A stretch of DNA of 64,000 bases from Candidatus Versatilivorator sp. (GTDB lineage Bacteria > Acidobacteriota > Terriglobia > Versatilivoradales > Versatilivoraceae). The position numbers were made by a program, and so were the translations under genes. A model generated the notes under the pieces. It was not told the origin of the DNA. It saw only the letters and a program-made list of their open reading frames with translations, and did no database searches. Location of the stretch: positions 3,616,001 to 3,680,000 of the forward strand of contig OZ242296.1 in the NCBI GenBank assembly GCA_965207735.1. Direction: 5' to 3'. Positions 8,317-18,181 of this stretch are shown here, one piece after another (position 1 is the first letter of the stretch; each line of letters opens with the position of its first letter).

Positions 8317-8832
8317 ATGGGGCATGGCAGCGCCGGGACCCGGGAAGCAGCCTCGCAGGCGGTTCTGGGTCTCGGCTCCAATGTCGGTGACCGGCGCACG
8401 CAGCTGCGGCGGGCGATTGAGGGCCTGGCTGCCGCCGGGCTGGAGATCCTGCAGACCTCCTCCCTCTATCTCACCGAGCCGGTGGACTATCCCGACCAGC
8501 CCTGGTTTCTCAACCAGGCCCTGTTGGCCCGCACCCGGCTTTCTCCCCACCCGCTGCTGGCCTGCTGCCTCGAGGTGGAGGAGGCGCTGGGGCGGCAGCG
8601 CCGGCTGCCCAAGGGCCCCCGCACCATAGACGTCGACATCCTGCTCTTCGCCGACTGCATCCTCAGCGACTCGAAGCTGACCATCCCTCACCCCAGATTC
8701 CACCTCAGAAGGTTCGCCCTGACGCCGGCGGCCGAAATTGCCGCCGACTGGACCCACCCGAGTCTGGGCCTGTCGCTGGCCGCCTTGCTGGACTGCTGCC
8801 GGGACCCGGCCCAGGTTGTCCGAGTGGAGTGA
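8317..8832 (+). CDS. folK: 2-amino-4-hydroxy-6-hydroxymethyldihydropteridine diphosphokinase
   Basis: LGLGSNVG, SSLY.TEP, FLNQ, GPRTIDVDIL, IPHPR..R.F.L.P. Confidence 0.95.
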   Translation: MGHGSAGTREAASQAVLGLGSNVGDRRTQLRRAIEGLAAAGLEILQTSSLYLTEPVDYPDQPWFLNQALLARTRLSPHPLLACCLEVEEALGRQRRLPKGPRTIDVDILLFADCILSDSKLTIPHPRFHLRRFALTPAAEIAADWTHPSLGLSLAALLDCCRDPAQVVRVE

Positions 8833-8938
8833 ATCTGCTAGGCTAGCACTGGCGCCTGGATCGGTGTTCTGACCGGGACGCCCGCCGGACCTTTGGCCCA
8901 AAACAAGCATTCCATACCGATGACAAGGAGCGTATCGA

Positions 8939-9799
8939 ATGAGCGCTACCCCTCCCCTTCAGACCGACAAGGTCACCGTACCCAGCCTCCTCAAGCGCAA
9001 GCACAAGGGCGGCAAGATCGTCTGCCTGACCGCCTATGACTACCCCTTCGCCCGCATCCTGGACCAGGCGGGAATCGATCTGGTGCTGGTGGGCGATTCG
9101 CTGGCCACCACCCGGCTGGGTCAGGATTCGACCCTCCCCCTGAGAGTCAAGGACGTCCTGCCGCACCTCAAGGCCGTTCGCCGGGGTCTGCAACGGGCTC
9201 TGCTGGTGGCCGATCTGCCTTACGGTTCCTACCACTTGAGCAGCAAGCAAGCCCTGAAGAACGCCCTGAAGTTCGTCAAGGCCGGCGCCGAGGCGGTGAA
9301 GATCGAAGGCGGCGCCAGGCGAGGCCGTCTGGTCAGGAAGCTGGTGCGGGCTGAAATTCCCGTCATGGGGCACGTGGGGTTGACCCCCCAGTCGCTGCAC
9401 GTGATGGGTGGCTACCGGGTGCAGGGCAAGAGCCCGGAGTCGGCCGATGCCGTGATGGCCGATGCCCTGGCCTTGCAGGAAGCGGGCGCCTTTGCCGTGG
9501 TCCTGGAGGGCGTGCCCGAGACTCTGGCCTTTCAGGTCACCCAGGAACTGCGAATTCCCACCATCGGCATCGGGGCCGGACCCCACTGTGACGGGCAGAT
9601 CCTGGTCTGCGACGACCTCTTCGGCCTGACCTTCTCTCGAAAACCCAGATTTGTCAGGCAGTACGTCGATCTCAAGGAGATCCTCTCTCGAGCCACTCAC
9701 CAATACGTCAGCGACTGCCTCTCGGGAGACTTTCCCTCCCGCAAGGAGACCTACTATCCGGCTGAGTTCCCCCGCTTGGAAGAGGCGCTGAAGCGATAA
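8939..9799 (+). CDS. panB: 3-methyl-2-oxobutanoate hydroxymethyltransferase
   Basis: LTAYD, LVGDSL, VADLPYGSY, AVKIEGG, GHVGLTPQ, IGIGAG..CDGQILV. Confidence 0.97.
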   Translation: MSATPPLQTDKVTVPSLLKRKHKGGKIVCLTAYDYPFARILDQAGIDLVLVGDSLATTRLGQDSTLPLRVKDVLPHLKAVRRGLQRALLVADLPYGSYHLSSKQALKNALKFVKAGAEAVKIEGGARRGRLVRKLVRAEIPVMGHVGLTPQSLHVMGGYRVQGKSPESADAVMADALALQEAGAFAVVLEGVPETLAFQVTQELRIPTIGIGAGPHCDGQILVCDDLFGLTFSRKPRFVRQYVDLKEILSRATHQYVSDCLSGDFPSRKETYYPAEFPRLEEALKR

Positions 9800-9804
9800 T
9801 CCGC

Positions 9805-10650
9805 ATGGAAGTGGTTCGATCGCTGGAGGTCTTCAGGCGCCTCCGCAAGAGTTGGCCGGATGGAGGCCCGGAGGTCTGCCTGGTGCCCACCATGGGAGCC
9901 CTTCACGCCGGCCACCTCAGCCTGGTCGAGGCGGCCCGGAAACGGTCCGACCGGGTGGTGGTGTCCATTTTCGTCAATCCCACCCAATTCGCTCCCGGAG
10001 AAGACTTCGAGCGCTATCCCCGGCCCCTCGAAGGAGACTTGAAGGCGCTGGAGCGGCTGGGCGTGGGGACGGTCCTGGCTCCCGAGGCCGGCGAGATTTA
10101 TCCGGCCGGCCACCGCACCCGGGTCCTGGTGGAGGGGCTGGACCGGAAGCTGTGCGGCCTAAGCCGCCCCACTCATTTCCAGGGGGTGGCCACGGTGGTG
10201 CTCAAGCTTCTCCATCTGGTGCAGCCACGGGTCGCCTTCTTCGGACAGAAGGATGCCCAGCAGTCCATCCTGATTCGACGAATGGTCCGAGACCTGGATC
10301 TGGACATCGAGGTGGTGGTCTGTCCGACGGTCCGGGAACAAGATGGTCTGGCCGTCAGTTCCCGTAACCGGTACCTGAATCCTGAAGAGAGGAAGGCCGC
10401 TCCGGTCCTGTTTCGGGCCCTGGAATGGGCCGGCCGGGAGGTGGCCCTGGGGGAGCGCAGTGCGCCGGCCCTGCTGGCCGGGGTTCATCGATGCCTTGCC
10501 GCTGAAGCTAGGGTCCGGGTCGACTATGCCGCCATCGTGGACCCGGTCCACCTGGAACCGGTGGATCGGCTGCAAGGGAAATCGCTGCTGGCCCTGGCCG
10601 CCTTCGTCGGGACAACCCGCCTGATCGACAACACCTGGCTCACTCCCTGA
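9805..10650 (+). CDS. panC: Pantoate--beta-alanine ligase
   Basis: VPTMGALHAGH, SIFVNPTQF, FGQKDAQQ, DGLAVSSRN, RLIDN. Confidence 0.97.
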   Translation: MEVVRSLEVFRRLRKSWPDGGPEVCLVPTMGALHAGHLSLVEAARKRSDRVVVSIFVNPTQFAPGEDFERYPRPLEGDLKALERLGVGTVLAPEAGEIYPAGHRTRVLVEGLDRKLCGLSRPTHFQGVATVVLKLLHLVQPRVAFFGQKDAQQSILIRRMVRDLDLDIEVVVCPTVREQDGLAVSSRNRYLNPEERKAAPVLFRALEWAGREVALGERSAPALLAGVHRCLAAEARVRVDYAAIVDPVHLEPVDRLQGKSLLALAAFVGTTRLIDNTWLTP

Positions 10651-10680
10651 GTCGGGGGCTTCGGCACTGTCCGGGACTTT

Positions 10681-11874
10681 TCACGAGATCCCCCTCAGCC
10701 GACCATAGTTCCTGCCGTAAGTGACCTTGCCCAGGATCGCCGGATGGCGCGCGCCGGTAGCCGAGGGAACGTTGCCGGCAGCCAGCTCGATGGTCTCGTT
10801 GGCCAGCAGGGCGAATCCTATGGCCTCCTTGGCATCGGCAGGTATGCCCAGGGAATCGGTGGGCGCCACCTTCAAGTCGGGCAGCAGCTCATGCAGGCGC
10901 CCCATCAGGTAGGCGTTGTGGACGCCCCCGCCGGAAACCAGCAGCCGGTCCCAGTTGTGGGAGGTCTCAGTGTGGCGCAGCACGGCGTGGCTGACGGTGC
11001 GAGCCGTCAGCTCGGCGGCCGTGCAGACCAGGTCCGGTGTGGCGGCCGACCCGGCCGCCGCCAGCATCCGTTCCACGAAGGCCTGGCCGAACTGTTCCCG
11101 TCCGGCCGACTTGGGAGGCTTGCGGGCGAAGTAGGGATCGGCCAGCAGAGATTCCAGCAGGGCCGGGATGGGCCTTCCCGACAGGGCCAGTCGTCCATCG
11201 GCGTCGAACCCGCGAGAATCTGCGCCCAGGCGCCGGACCAAAGCATCGATCACCATGTTGCCGGGCCCGCTGTCGAAGGCCTGGACCTCGGATATCCCGC
11301 CTGCCGGGGGCAGCAGGGTGAGGTTGGCGATGCCGCCCAGGTTCAGCAGCACCCGTCCCCTCCGGGGATCTCGAAACAGCAGGAAGTCCACCAGCGGAAT
11401 GAGCGGAGCTCCGGTCCCTCCGGCTGCCATATCCGCGGGACGAAAGTCCGAAACCGTGGTCACTCCCGTCTCCTCCGCCAGAACGGCGGCCTCTCCGATC
11501 TGCAGGGTGGAGGCGACCGGTCGGCCGCAGAAGTCGCCGGGGTCGGATTGGTGGAATATGGTCTGGCCGTGGGACCCGATCAGATCCAGCCGGTCGAGGG
11601 GGAGCTCGACGCCCCGGCACACCTCCTTGACGGCTCGCGAGTAGAGGCGCCCCAGCAGAACCCCCAGGTGGCTGATGAAGCCGGCCGCGACCAGCTGGCC
11701 GGAAGCGACCCGCAGAAGCGCTTGGCGGACGTCGTCCGGATAGGGAGTGGAAAGGAAGTGCCTGAGCTGAACGGAGCAGCCCTCACCCGACCGGACGATC
11801 CGCACCAAGGCGGCATCCACGCCGTCCAGCGAGGTTCCCGACATGAGGCCGACCACCAGCTTGGAGTCTTTCAT
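10681..11874 (-). CDS. anmK: Anhydro-N-acetylmuramic acid kinase
   Basis: GLMSGTSLDGVD, GSHGQT, GGTGAPL, NLGGIAN, FDSGPGN, PPKSAGRE, KEA..FA. Confidence 0.95.
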   Translation of the reverse strand: MKDSKLVVGLMSGTSLDGVDAALVRIVRSGEGCSVQLRHFLSTPYPDDVRQALLRVASGQLVAAGFISHLGVLLGRLYSRAVKEVCRGVELPLDRLDLIGSHGQTIFHQSDPGDFCGRPVASTLQIGEAAVLAEETGVTTVSDFRPADMAAGGTGAPLIPLVDFLLFRDPRRGRVLLNLGGIANLTLLPPAGGISEVQAFDSGPGNMVIDALVRRLGADSRGFDADGRLALSGRPIPALLESLLADPYFARKPPKSAGREQFGQAFVERMLAAAGSAATPDLVCTAAELTARTVSHAVLRHTETSHNWDRLLVSGGGVHNAYLMGRLHELLPDLKVAPTDSLGIPADAKEAIGFALLANETIELAAGNVPSATGARHPAILGKVTYGRNYGRLRGIS

Positions 11875-11891
11875 GGGGCCGCCGCTTGGTT

Positions 11892-12030
11892 GAGTGGCTA
11901 GCGGAGCGTTCCGGGAGCAGGCAAGCGCCCGCTGACCTGGTTGCGTTTTTCAAGGACTGCGCCGAGATCTACAAGGGGCTTAACGCATGGATCGAATCAC
12001 TATCCACTATCCACTGACCACTAGTCACTC
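11892..12030. repeat. ~135-bp interspersed repeat with heptamer tail (copy B); imperfect terminal IR GAGTGGCTAG/CTAGTCACTC
   Basis: Similar to 6494-6615; abuts the mutS stop codon. Confidence 0.85.
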
Positions 12031-14640
12031 TCACAGGCTTTCCTTGAGTCGGTGGATGGCTTGCAGGGCCTGCAAGGGAGTCATCCGGTCGGGGTCCAGC
12101 CTGCGCAACTGCTCCAGCGCCTCGTGCTCGGAGACCACGAACAGGTTGAGCTGCTTGCCGGAGTTGTTCTTCCTGCGCTGGTAGTTCCGGGTCAGATGGT
12201 TGCTGATTTCGTGCTCTCCCTGTTCATGCCCCCGCAGGATCTCCCGGGCCCGCTGGATCACGGGCCGAGGCAGGCCGGCCAGGCGGGCCACCTCGATACC
12301 GTAGCTCTTGTCGGCGCTTCCCGGCTCGACCCGCCGGAGGAATACGATCTCGTTGCCCGACTCCTTGACCGTCACCTGGTAGTTCTTCACTCCGGGCAGC
12401 AACTGGGCCAGCTCGGTCAGCTCGTGGTAGTGGGTGGCGAAGAGGGTCTTGGACTGGTTGCGGGAGTGGAGGTGCTCCACCACCGACCAGGCGATGGAAA
12501 GTCCGTCGAAGGTGGCGGTGCCCCGGCCCACCTCATCCAGAATGACCAGGCTCCTGGGCGTGGCCGAATTCAGGATGACGGCCGTCTCGGTCATCTCCAC
12601 CATGAAGGTAGACCTGCCCCGGGCCAGGTTGTCGGAGGCTCCGATGCGGGTGAAGATCCGATCCACGATGGGCAGCTTGGCCTCCTGGGCCGGAACGAAG
12701 GAGCCCATCTGGGCCATGACCGAGAAGAGCGCTGCCTGGCGGAGATAGGTGGATTTGCCCCCCATATTGGGCCCGGTGATGATCAGAACCTGGTCGGTGG
12801 TGGGGTTCAGATAGAGGTCGTTGGGAATGAACCGACCGGTGGGGAGTTGTTCGCCCAGACGTTCGATGACCGGGTGCCGCCCCCCCTTGACCGTCAACTC
12901 TTCGCCGGTGTGGAGCGTGGGTTTCACGTAACCGAACTGATGGGCGGCGCCGGCCAGGGTGGCCAGGCAATCCAGTTGGGCCAGCGCGCGAGCCGTGTTG
13001 CGGATGCGCCGGCATTCCCGACCCACGGCGGCGCGGAGTTGGCAGAAAAGCTCGTACTCCAGCTCCACCAGGCGCTCCTCGGCCCCCAGCACCCGGCGTT
13101 CGTGCTCCTTCAGCTGGGGGGTGGTGAAGCGCTCCGCTCCCACTAGGGTCTGCTTGCGTTCATAGTCGGGGGGCACCCGTCCCAGGTTGGACCTGGAGAC
13201 CTCCAGGTAGTAGCCGAAGACCTGGTTGAACTTGACCTTCAGATTGGAAATCCCGGTGCGGGCGCGTTCGCCGGCTTCAAGCTCGGCAATGGTTTGCTTC
13301 CCCGAGGAGCTGTCCTTTCGCAGGCTGTCCAGCTCGGCGTTGAGCCCGGGCCGGATCAGCCGGCCCTCGGTCAACACCACCGGAGGATCGTCGTTGAGGG
13401 ACTCTCGGATCTTCGCCGCCACGTCGTCCAGCGGGTCGCTGGCCTGCTCCAGGCTGCTCAGCCGCGCCGCCGCAAGCGGCAGCAGCAGCTGCTTGAGTCC
13501 GGGGATCTGTTCCAGCGACTGCCTGAGCGCGATCAGGTCCCTGGCGTTGGCGCTGGAGAGGGCCACCTTGGAGGCCAGCCGCTCCAGGTCATAGACCTGC
13601 TTGAGCCGCTCCCTGAGCTCCTCCCGCAACACCAGGTCTTCGGTCAGCGCGGCCACTGCCTCCAGGCGGCTCTCAATCTCGGCGAGGTCGATTTCCGGCC
13701 GCAGCATCCAGGTCTTCAGGAGCCGGCCGCCCATTCCGGTGGCGGTGGCGTCCAGGCACTGAAGCAGGGTGCCGTTGCGGGACCCGTCGTAGAGGGACTC
13801 CAGCAGCTCCAGGTTCTTCACCGTCGACTGGTCCAGCAGCATTGCCTGGTCCAGCTCGTAGTAGTGCAGTCTGTCCAGGTGCAGCAACTCGCCGCGCTGG
13901 GTCTCCTGCAGGTAGTGCAGGGCCCCGCCGGCCGCGGCCACGGCCAGGACCCGCCCCTGACAGCCGAATCCATCCAGGCTGGCGACCTTGAAATGGTCGG
14001 TGAGCAGCCGTTGGGCAAAGTCCGAGGCAAAGATCCACTCCTCCACTTCCGTCTTGAGGGCGGATAGATTGGAGGCCCAAGCGGGATTCCGGTCGCTGAG
14101 CCGGGAGCACCAGATCAACTCCTTGGGTCCCAGTCGTTCCAGTTCCGTTTGCAGCATGGATTCCCGGGTACCGTCCCGAAACTCGGTGATTCGAAAATCG
14201 CCGGTGGAGACGTCTACCGAAGCCAGGCCCAGTCCGGAACCGTCCGAGAAAACGGCGCTCAGGAAGTTGTTTTCCCGTGGCTCCAGCAGGTTGCCGTCGC
14301 TCAGGGTGCCGGGGGTGACGACCCGGGTCACTTCCCGCTTCACCAGCTTCCTGGCGGTCTTGGGATTCTCGACCTGATCGCAAACGGCCACCCGGTAGCC
14401 TTTGCGGATCAGCTTGGAGACGTAGGCGTCGGCACTGTGGTAGGGAACCCCGCACATGGGGACCGGGGTCCCTTTTTCCTTGTTGCGCGACGTCAGGGTG
14501 ATTTCCAGCTCGCGGGCGGCCACAACGGCATCGTCGAAGAACATCTCGTAGAAGTCACCCAGCCGGAAGAACAGAATAGCGCCGGGAACCGACTTCTTGA
14601 TCTGATGGTATTGGGCCATCATGGGGGTGGAGGGTTGCAT
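12031..14640 (-). CDS. mutS: DNA mismatch repair protein MutS
   Basis: TPMMAQY, FRLGDFYEMF, TGPNMGGKST, STFMVEM, DEVGRGT, THYHEL, SYGIEVARLAG. Confidence 0.98.
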   Translation of the reverse strand: MQPSTPMMAQYHQIKKSVPGAILFFRLGDFYEMFFDDAVVAARELEITLTSRNKEKGTPVPMCGVPYHSADAYVSKLIRKGYRVAVCDQVENPKTARKLVKREVTRVVTPGTLSDGNLLEPRENNFLSAVFSDGSGLGLASVDVSTGDFRITEFRDGTRESMLQTELERLGPKELIWCSRLSDRNPAWASNLSALKTEVEEWIFASDFAQRLLTDHFKVASLDGFGCQGRVLAVAAAGGALHYLQETQRGELLHLDRLHYYELDQAMLLDQSTVKNLELLESLYDGSRNGTLLQCLDATATGMGGRLLKTWMLRPEIDLAEIESRLEAVAALTEDLVLREELRERLKQVYDLERLASKVALSSANARDLIALRQSLEQIPGLKQLLLPLAAARLSSLEQASDPLDDVAAKIRESLNDDPPVVLTEGRLIRPGLNAELDSLRKDSSSGKQTIAELEAGERARTGISNLKVKFNQVFGYYLEVSRSNLGRVPPDYERKQTLVGAERFTTPQLKEHERRVLGAEERLVELEYELFCQLRAAVGRECRRIRNTARALAQLDCLATLAGAAHQFGYVKPTLHTGEELTVKGGRHPVIERLGEQLPTGRFIPNDLYLNPTTDQVLIITGPNMGGKSTYLRQAALFSVMAQMGSFVPAQEAKLPIVDRIFTRIGASDNLARGRSTFMVEMTETAVILNSATPRSLVILDEVGRGTATFDGLSIAWSVVEHLHSRNQSKTLFATHYHELTELAQLLPGVKNYQVTVKESGNEIVFLRRVEPGSADKSYGIEVARLAGLPRPVIQRAREILRGHEQGEHEISNHLTRNYQRRKNNSGKQLNLFVVSEHEALEQLRRLDPDRMTPLQALQAIHRLKESL

Positions 14641-14767
14641 GCCGAAGTCCGCTGAGAGGGGTCGGGAAGAGCGACCCCGAGAGGTGCTGGAGGCGTGCCG
14701 GGTGTGGACCTCCCGGGCAGGAGCGGCACACGCTGGGCTCACTGAGATTGTTCCGTCAAAATCCCGG

Positions 14768-14796
14768 AGTATATAATCTGCCCCTGGGGGTGTCAA
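14768..14796 (-). promoter_or_regulatory. Putative sigma70 promoter for mutS (TTGACA-N17-TATACT)
   Basis: Minus-strand consensus hexamers with 17-bp spacing, ~130 bp upstream of mutS. Confidence 0.6.
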
Positions 14797-14858
14797 CGAA
14801 CCCCGATCCCTGTTGCAGTCGAGCTTGAGGGCGGTCAGACCGCCGGGAGATCCCAGTC

Positions 14859-15542
14859 GTGAAACTCCTTTGCCTGGATACCTCCGGCAGCGCCGGAAGC
14901 ATCGTGTTGTCGGAGGATGACGCCATCCTGGGCGAGATCAACCTGGATTCCGCCTGCACCCACACCGCTCGACTGCTGTCCGGCATCCGGTACCTCATCG
15001 ACTACGCCGAAATCGGGCTGAACGACATTCAGGCCTTCGGGGTCATCTGCGGTCCGGGTTCCTTTACCGGCGTCCGGATCGGATTGACCACGGTCAAGGG
15101 CCTGGCGGAAACGCAGGAAAGACCCGCCGTGGCCGTGACCGCCTTCGAGGCCTGGGTGGAGAGGTTCCCGGAGTGGCAAGGGGTGATGGTTCCCATGATC
15201 GACGCCCGCCGGGGCGAGGTGTACGCTGCCGTCTTCGAGCGCCGCCGCTCCCGCCTGATTCAGCGGAATCCGGGATTCGTCGGCGCCCCCGGGGAGTTGC
15301 TGAATGCCCTGGACGAGGAGACCGTGCTTTTCCTGGGAGGCGGCGCCCAGAAATATCGGGATCTCATCCGGTCCCGGGGCCGCCCCCGGTGGCGGGTGGC
15401 CCAGACCGACCCCTTTCTGGGGCGTGCCCTGGCCTCCCTGGCGTCCTCCAAGGCGGACCGCGGGGAATGGACCGCGCCGCCGGACCTGCGCGCCTTCTAC
15501 CTGCGCCGTCCCGACGCGGAGGTCAATTGGAAGGGGCCCTGA
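14859..15542 (+). CDS. tsaB: tRNA t6A biosynthesis protein TsaB
   Basis: L.LDTS, GPGSFTGVRIG, IDARRGEVY, YLR. Confidence 0.93.
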   Translation: MKLLCLDTSGSAGSIVLSEDDAILGEINLDSACTHTARLLSGIRYLIDYAEIGLNDIQAFGVICGPGSFTGVRIGLTTVKGLAETQERPAVAVTAFEAWVERFPEWQGVMVPMIDARRGEVYAAVFERRRSRLIQRNPGFVGAPGELLNALDEETVLFLGGGAQKYRDLIRSRGRPRWRVAQTDPFLGRALASLASSKADRGEWTAPPDLRAFYLRRPDAEVNWKGP

Positions 15543-15654
15543 GGAATCGCTTGGCCATCCCGTTTTCCATACGGATAGTGTCTGAATCTTCTTGCCGGTC
15601 CGCAGAGGACGAAGTCAGTCGGAGCCCGAGAATAGTCCGGCCACGGGGATTGGA

Positions 15655-16170
15655 ATGATTCTGCAGTGGGTGAAGCACATCCTCATCCTTCCGGGCACCA
15701 TCCTGGTGTACATTCCAGGCGCGATCCTGTGGCTGGTGGCCGAAAGGCCGGGCGCCATTGCTCCGGCAGGACCGGGACAGGTCCGATTCTGGATCGGCAT
15801 TGCCTTGGCGACGATCGGCCTGGTCTTGTCTACCTGGTGCGCCAGGCTGTTCGTGAAGGTCGGCAGGGGCACTCCCGCACCCTGGGCTCCGGCGCCGAGA
15901 CTGGTTGTCCGCGGTCCCTACCGCCATGTCAGAAATCCCATGATTGCGAGCGTACTTTTCCTCCTCGGCGCCGAGTCGCTGCTCTTGGGCTCCTGGCACC
16001 TGGCCGGGTGGATGGCGGTCTTTTTCCTGCTCAAGACGCTCTATTTCCTAAGGTTCGAGGAGCCGGGCCTGGAAACGCGATTCGGAGACAGCTATCGACG
16101 CTACAAGGCCAACGTGCCGCGCTGGTTACCCAGGCTGCGACCGTGGGACCCCGGGGGAGTGACAGGTTGA
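15655..16170 (+). CDS. Isoprenylcysteine carboxyl methyltransferase / PEMT-family membrane protein
   Basis: GTPAPW..LVV.GPYRHVRNPM, EEP.L..RFG..Y..YK..VPRW. Confidence 0.85.
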   Translation: MILQWVKHILILPGTILVYIPGAILWLVAERPGAIAPAGPGQVRFWIGIALATIGLVLSTWCARLFVKVGRGTPAPWAPAPRLVVRGPYRHVRNPMIASVLFLLGAESLLLGSWHLAGWMAVFFLLKTLYFLRFEEPGLETRFGDSYRRYKANVPRWLPRLRPWDPGGVTG

Positions 16171-16311
16171 CCGATCGCTCACCGCCAATTGCTGTCCTGG
16201 ACACCGTCATTACCACGGGTCCGCATCGCGCAAACTCGACTGACACACGGTCTCTCCTAAAGAATACGTCTACTCGGAGATGCAGATTGACGCCGTAATC
16301 GGGGGAGGCTC

Positions 16312-16851
16312 TTGAAAGTTGAAATTCGCCGGATGGTGGAGGCGGACGTCGCCCGGGTAGTGGCCATTGAGAACTGCTGGGACTACTTGAGCAAATGGGG
16401 GGAAGAGGGCTATCTGAAGGTGCTCAGGGAGCCCTACCTCTACTGCCCCCTGGTGGCGGAGGTGGAATCCGCCGGCGAATCGTCGCCCGGGGAAACGGCG
16501 GCCTTGGCGGGCGCGGCCGTGTTGGCCCTGATGGTCGATCACGGCGAGTTGTGCAATTTGATGGTTCCGCCCCGGTACCTGGGTAAGCGGGTGGGCCGGC
16601 GGCTCCTGGCCGGGTGCATGGAAGTGGCCCGCCAGCGGCAGTGTTCCCGCATCTTCCTGGAGGTGCGGCAGTCCAACCAGCGCGCCATCCACTTCTACCG
16701 GCAACACGGTTTCCGGATCGTCTCCCGCCGCAGCAACTACTATCGGGATCCGCTGGAGGATGCCTGGGTGATGGAGCGGCCGGTCGCCGCGGGGCCGCTG
16801 TCACCCGGGGGGTCCGGCGTCCTGCAAGGGATGGGCGCCCTGCCGCGGTAG
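16312..16851 (+). CDS. rimI: Ribosomal protein alanine N-acetyltransferase (RimI-like GNAT)
   Basis: LEVRQSN..AI.FY...GF....R..YY..P.EDA.VM; near tsaB. Confidence 0.8.
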   Translation: MKVEIRRMVEADVARVVAIENCWDYLSKWGEEGYLKVLREPYLYCPLVAEVESAGESSPGETAALAGAAVLALMVDHGELCNLMVPPRYLGKRVGRRLLAGCMEVARQRQCSRIFLEVRQSNQRAIHFYRQHGFRIVSRRSNYYRDPLEDAWVMERPVAAGPLSPGGSGVLQGMGALPR

Positions 16852-16967
16852 CCTTGCCGCCCCTCGCACCATTCCGCCCGCACCCCGAGCTGGCCTGCCG
16901 TCTCCTCCCTTCGGAGTTGAAAGACACCGGTCTCCGGTCCCCGGGCCTGCACGGGTAATCCCGCGGA

Positions 16968-17402
16968 TCAGTCGGGGTCCGCCGTGCTGTTCCAGGGCCG
17001 CAAGACCAGGTGGGCTCCCAGTATCACAAAGACCAGAAGGGCCGAGAGCAGGCAGTAGTCGCAGTAGGCCTGCAGGACAAATGCCTGCAGGTACAGCAGG
17101 TAGAGGGTCACCAGGAAGGCTGCCAGGCTGGCGATCAGGGTGAAGCGGAACACTTGCCGGAATCCCGACAGGCCGAAGATGCCGGCGGCGGTCACCGCCA
17201 GGTAAAAGGCGAAGCCGAACCAGGCGATGGAGAGGCCGCCCCAGTGGGAATAGGCGCTGTTGAGAACCTGGTCGCAGCCCCCGGCGGGCCCGCAGGGGAT
17301 CAGCAGGCCGGTAAGGCTGTGGAAGCCGACGTAGCCGGAATCGATCATCCCGGCGAACCCGGCCAGCACCATCACACGAATCGGCCAGGGATTGCCGCTC
17401 AC
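16968..17402 (-). CDS. Vitamin K epoxide reductase (VKOR) family protein
   Basis: Loop cysteines C.....GCDQVLNS.YS and CDYC motif in a TM protein; GTGA overlap with the DsbA stop. Confidence 0.88.
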   Translation of the reverse strand: MSGNPWPIRVMVLAGFAGMIDSGYVGFHSLTGLLIPCGPAGGCDQVLNSAYSHWGGLSIAWFGFAFYLAVTAAGIFGLSGFRQVFRFTLIASLAAFLVTLYLLYLQAFVLQAYCDYCLLSALLVFVILGAHLVLRPWNSTADPD

Positions 17403-18133
17403 TGGACAGACCGGATGCCGTCGACGATTCTCTGTTCGAACTCGACTTCGTCCCTGCTGTTGGGGATCGGCTTTCCGTTCAGAAAGAAGGCGGGAACTGA
17501 GCGGACCTGGGCCAACTGGGCTTCCAGGATGTCCCGGTTGATCTTTTCCCTCACCTCGGGATTCCAAAGATCTCGCCGGAAGAGCGCCAGGTTGAGCTGC
17601 AGTTCGGCGGCGTAACGGAGAAGGAAGGTTTGGGCATCCGGCACCTTGGCCCACTCGCTCTGGCGCTGGAGGAGCAGGTCGTGCATTTCCCAGAACTTGT
17701 ACTGGCGCCCGGCGGCCTCGGCCGCCTGGGCGGCAATCATGGCATTGCCGTGAGTCCTCTGCATGGGGTGGTGCTTGAAGACGATTTTCAGCCGGGAGCC
17801 GTGCTTTCTGGCGATTTTGGCCACTCGAGTGCTGGCGGCGGCGCAGGCTCCGCACTGAAAGTCGACGAATTCGACCAGGACCGCCTTGGCCAGGCTGTTT
17901 CCCTTGCTCCAGCCCTGCGAGCTGATGGGGGAATGGGTTTTGCTGGAGGTTGGAGCCGGTGCGGAGACCGCCTGATCGTCGGCGCGGCGCTGCAGGTAGA
18001 AAGCCGTTCCCAGGGCAACCGCGACCACTAGGGCCAGGAGGGCCAGGGGCTTGGCGATCGACCGGGCCCTTTTTTTGCGCGGCTTGCCGCGGGCTCCCGA
18101 ACGCGGTTTTTGAGAGGAGGACACCTTGGCCAT
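17399..18133 (-). CDS. Membrane-anchored DsbA/thioredoxin-family oxidoreductase
   Basis: EFVDFQCGAC, FKHHP, AA.AAEAA..Q.KFWEMHD, V.SVP.FFLNG. Confidence 0.9.
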   Translation of the reverse strand: MAKVSSSQKPRSGARGKPRKKRARSIAKPLALLALVVAVALGTAFYLQRRADDQAVSAPAPTSSKTHSPISSQGWSKGNSLAKAVLVEFVDFQCGACAAASTRVAKIARKHGSRLKIVFKHHPMQRTHGNAMIAAQAAEAAGRQYKFWEMHDLLLQRQSEWAKVPDAQTFLLRYAAELQLNLALFRRDLWNPEVREKINRDILEAQLAQVRSVPAFFLNGKPIPNSRDEVEFEQRIVDGIRSVQ

Positions 18134-18181
18134 CAGTCGATTCTCCAAATCCGGGGCATCTTTCCGATCACTGAAGACGGG

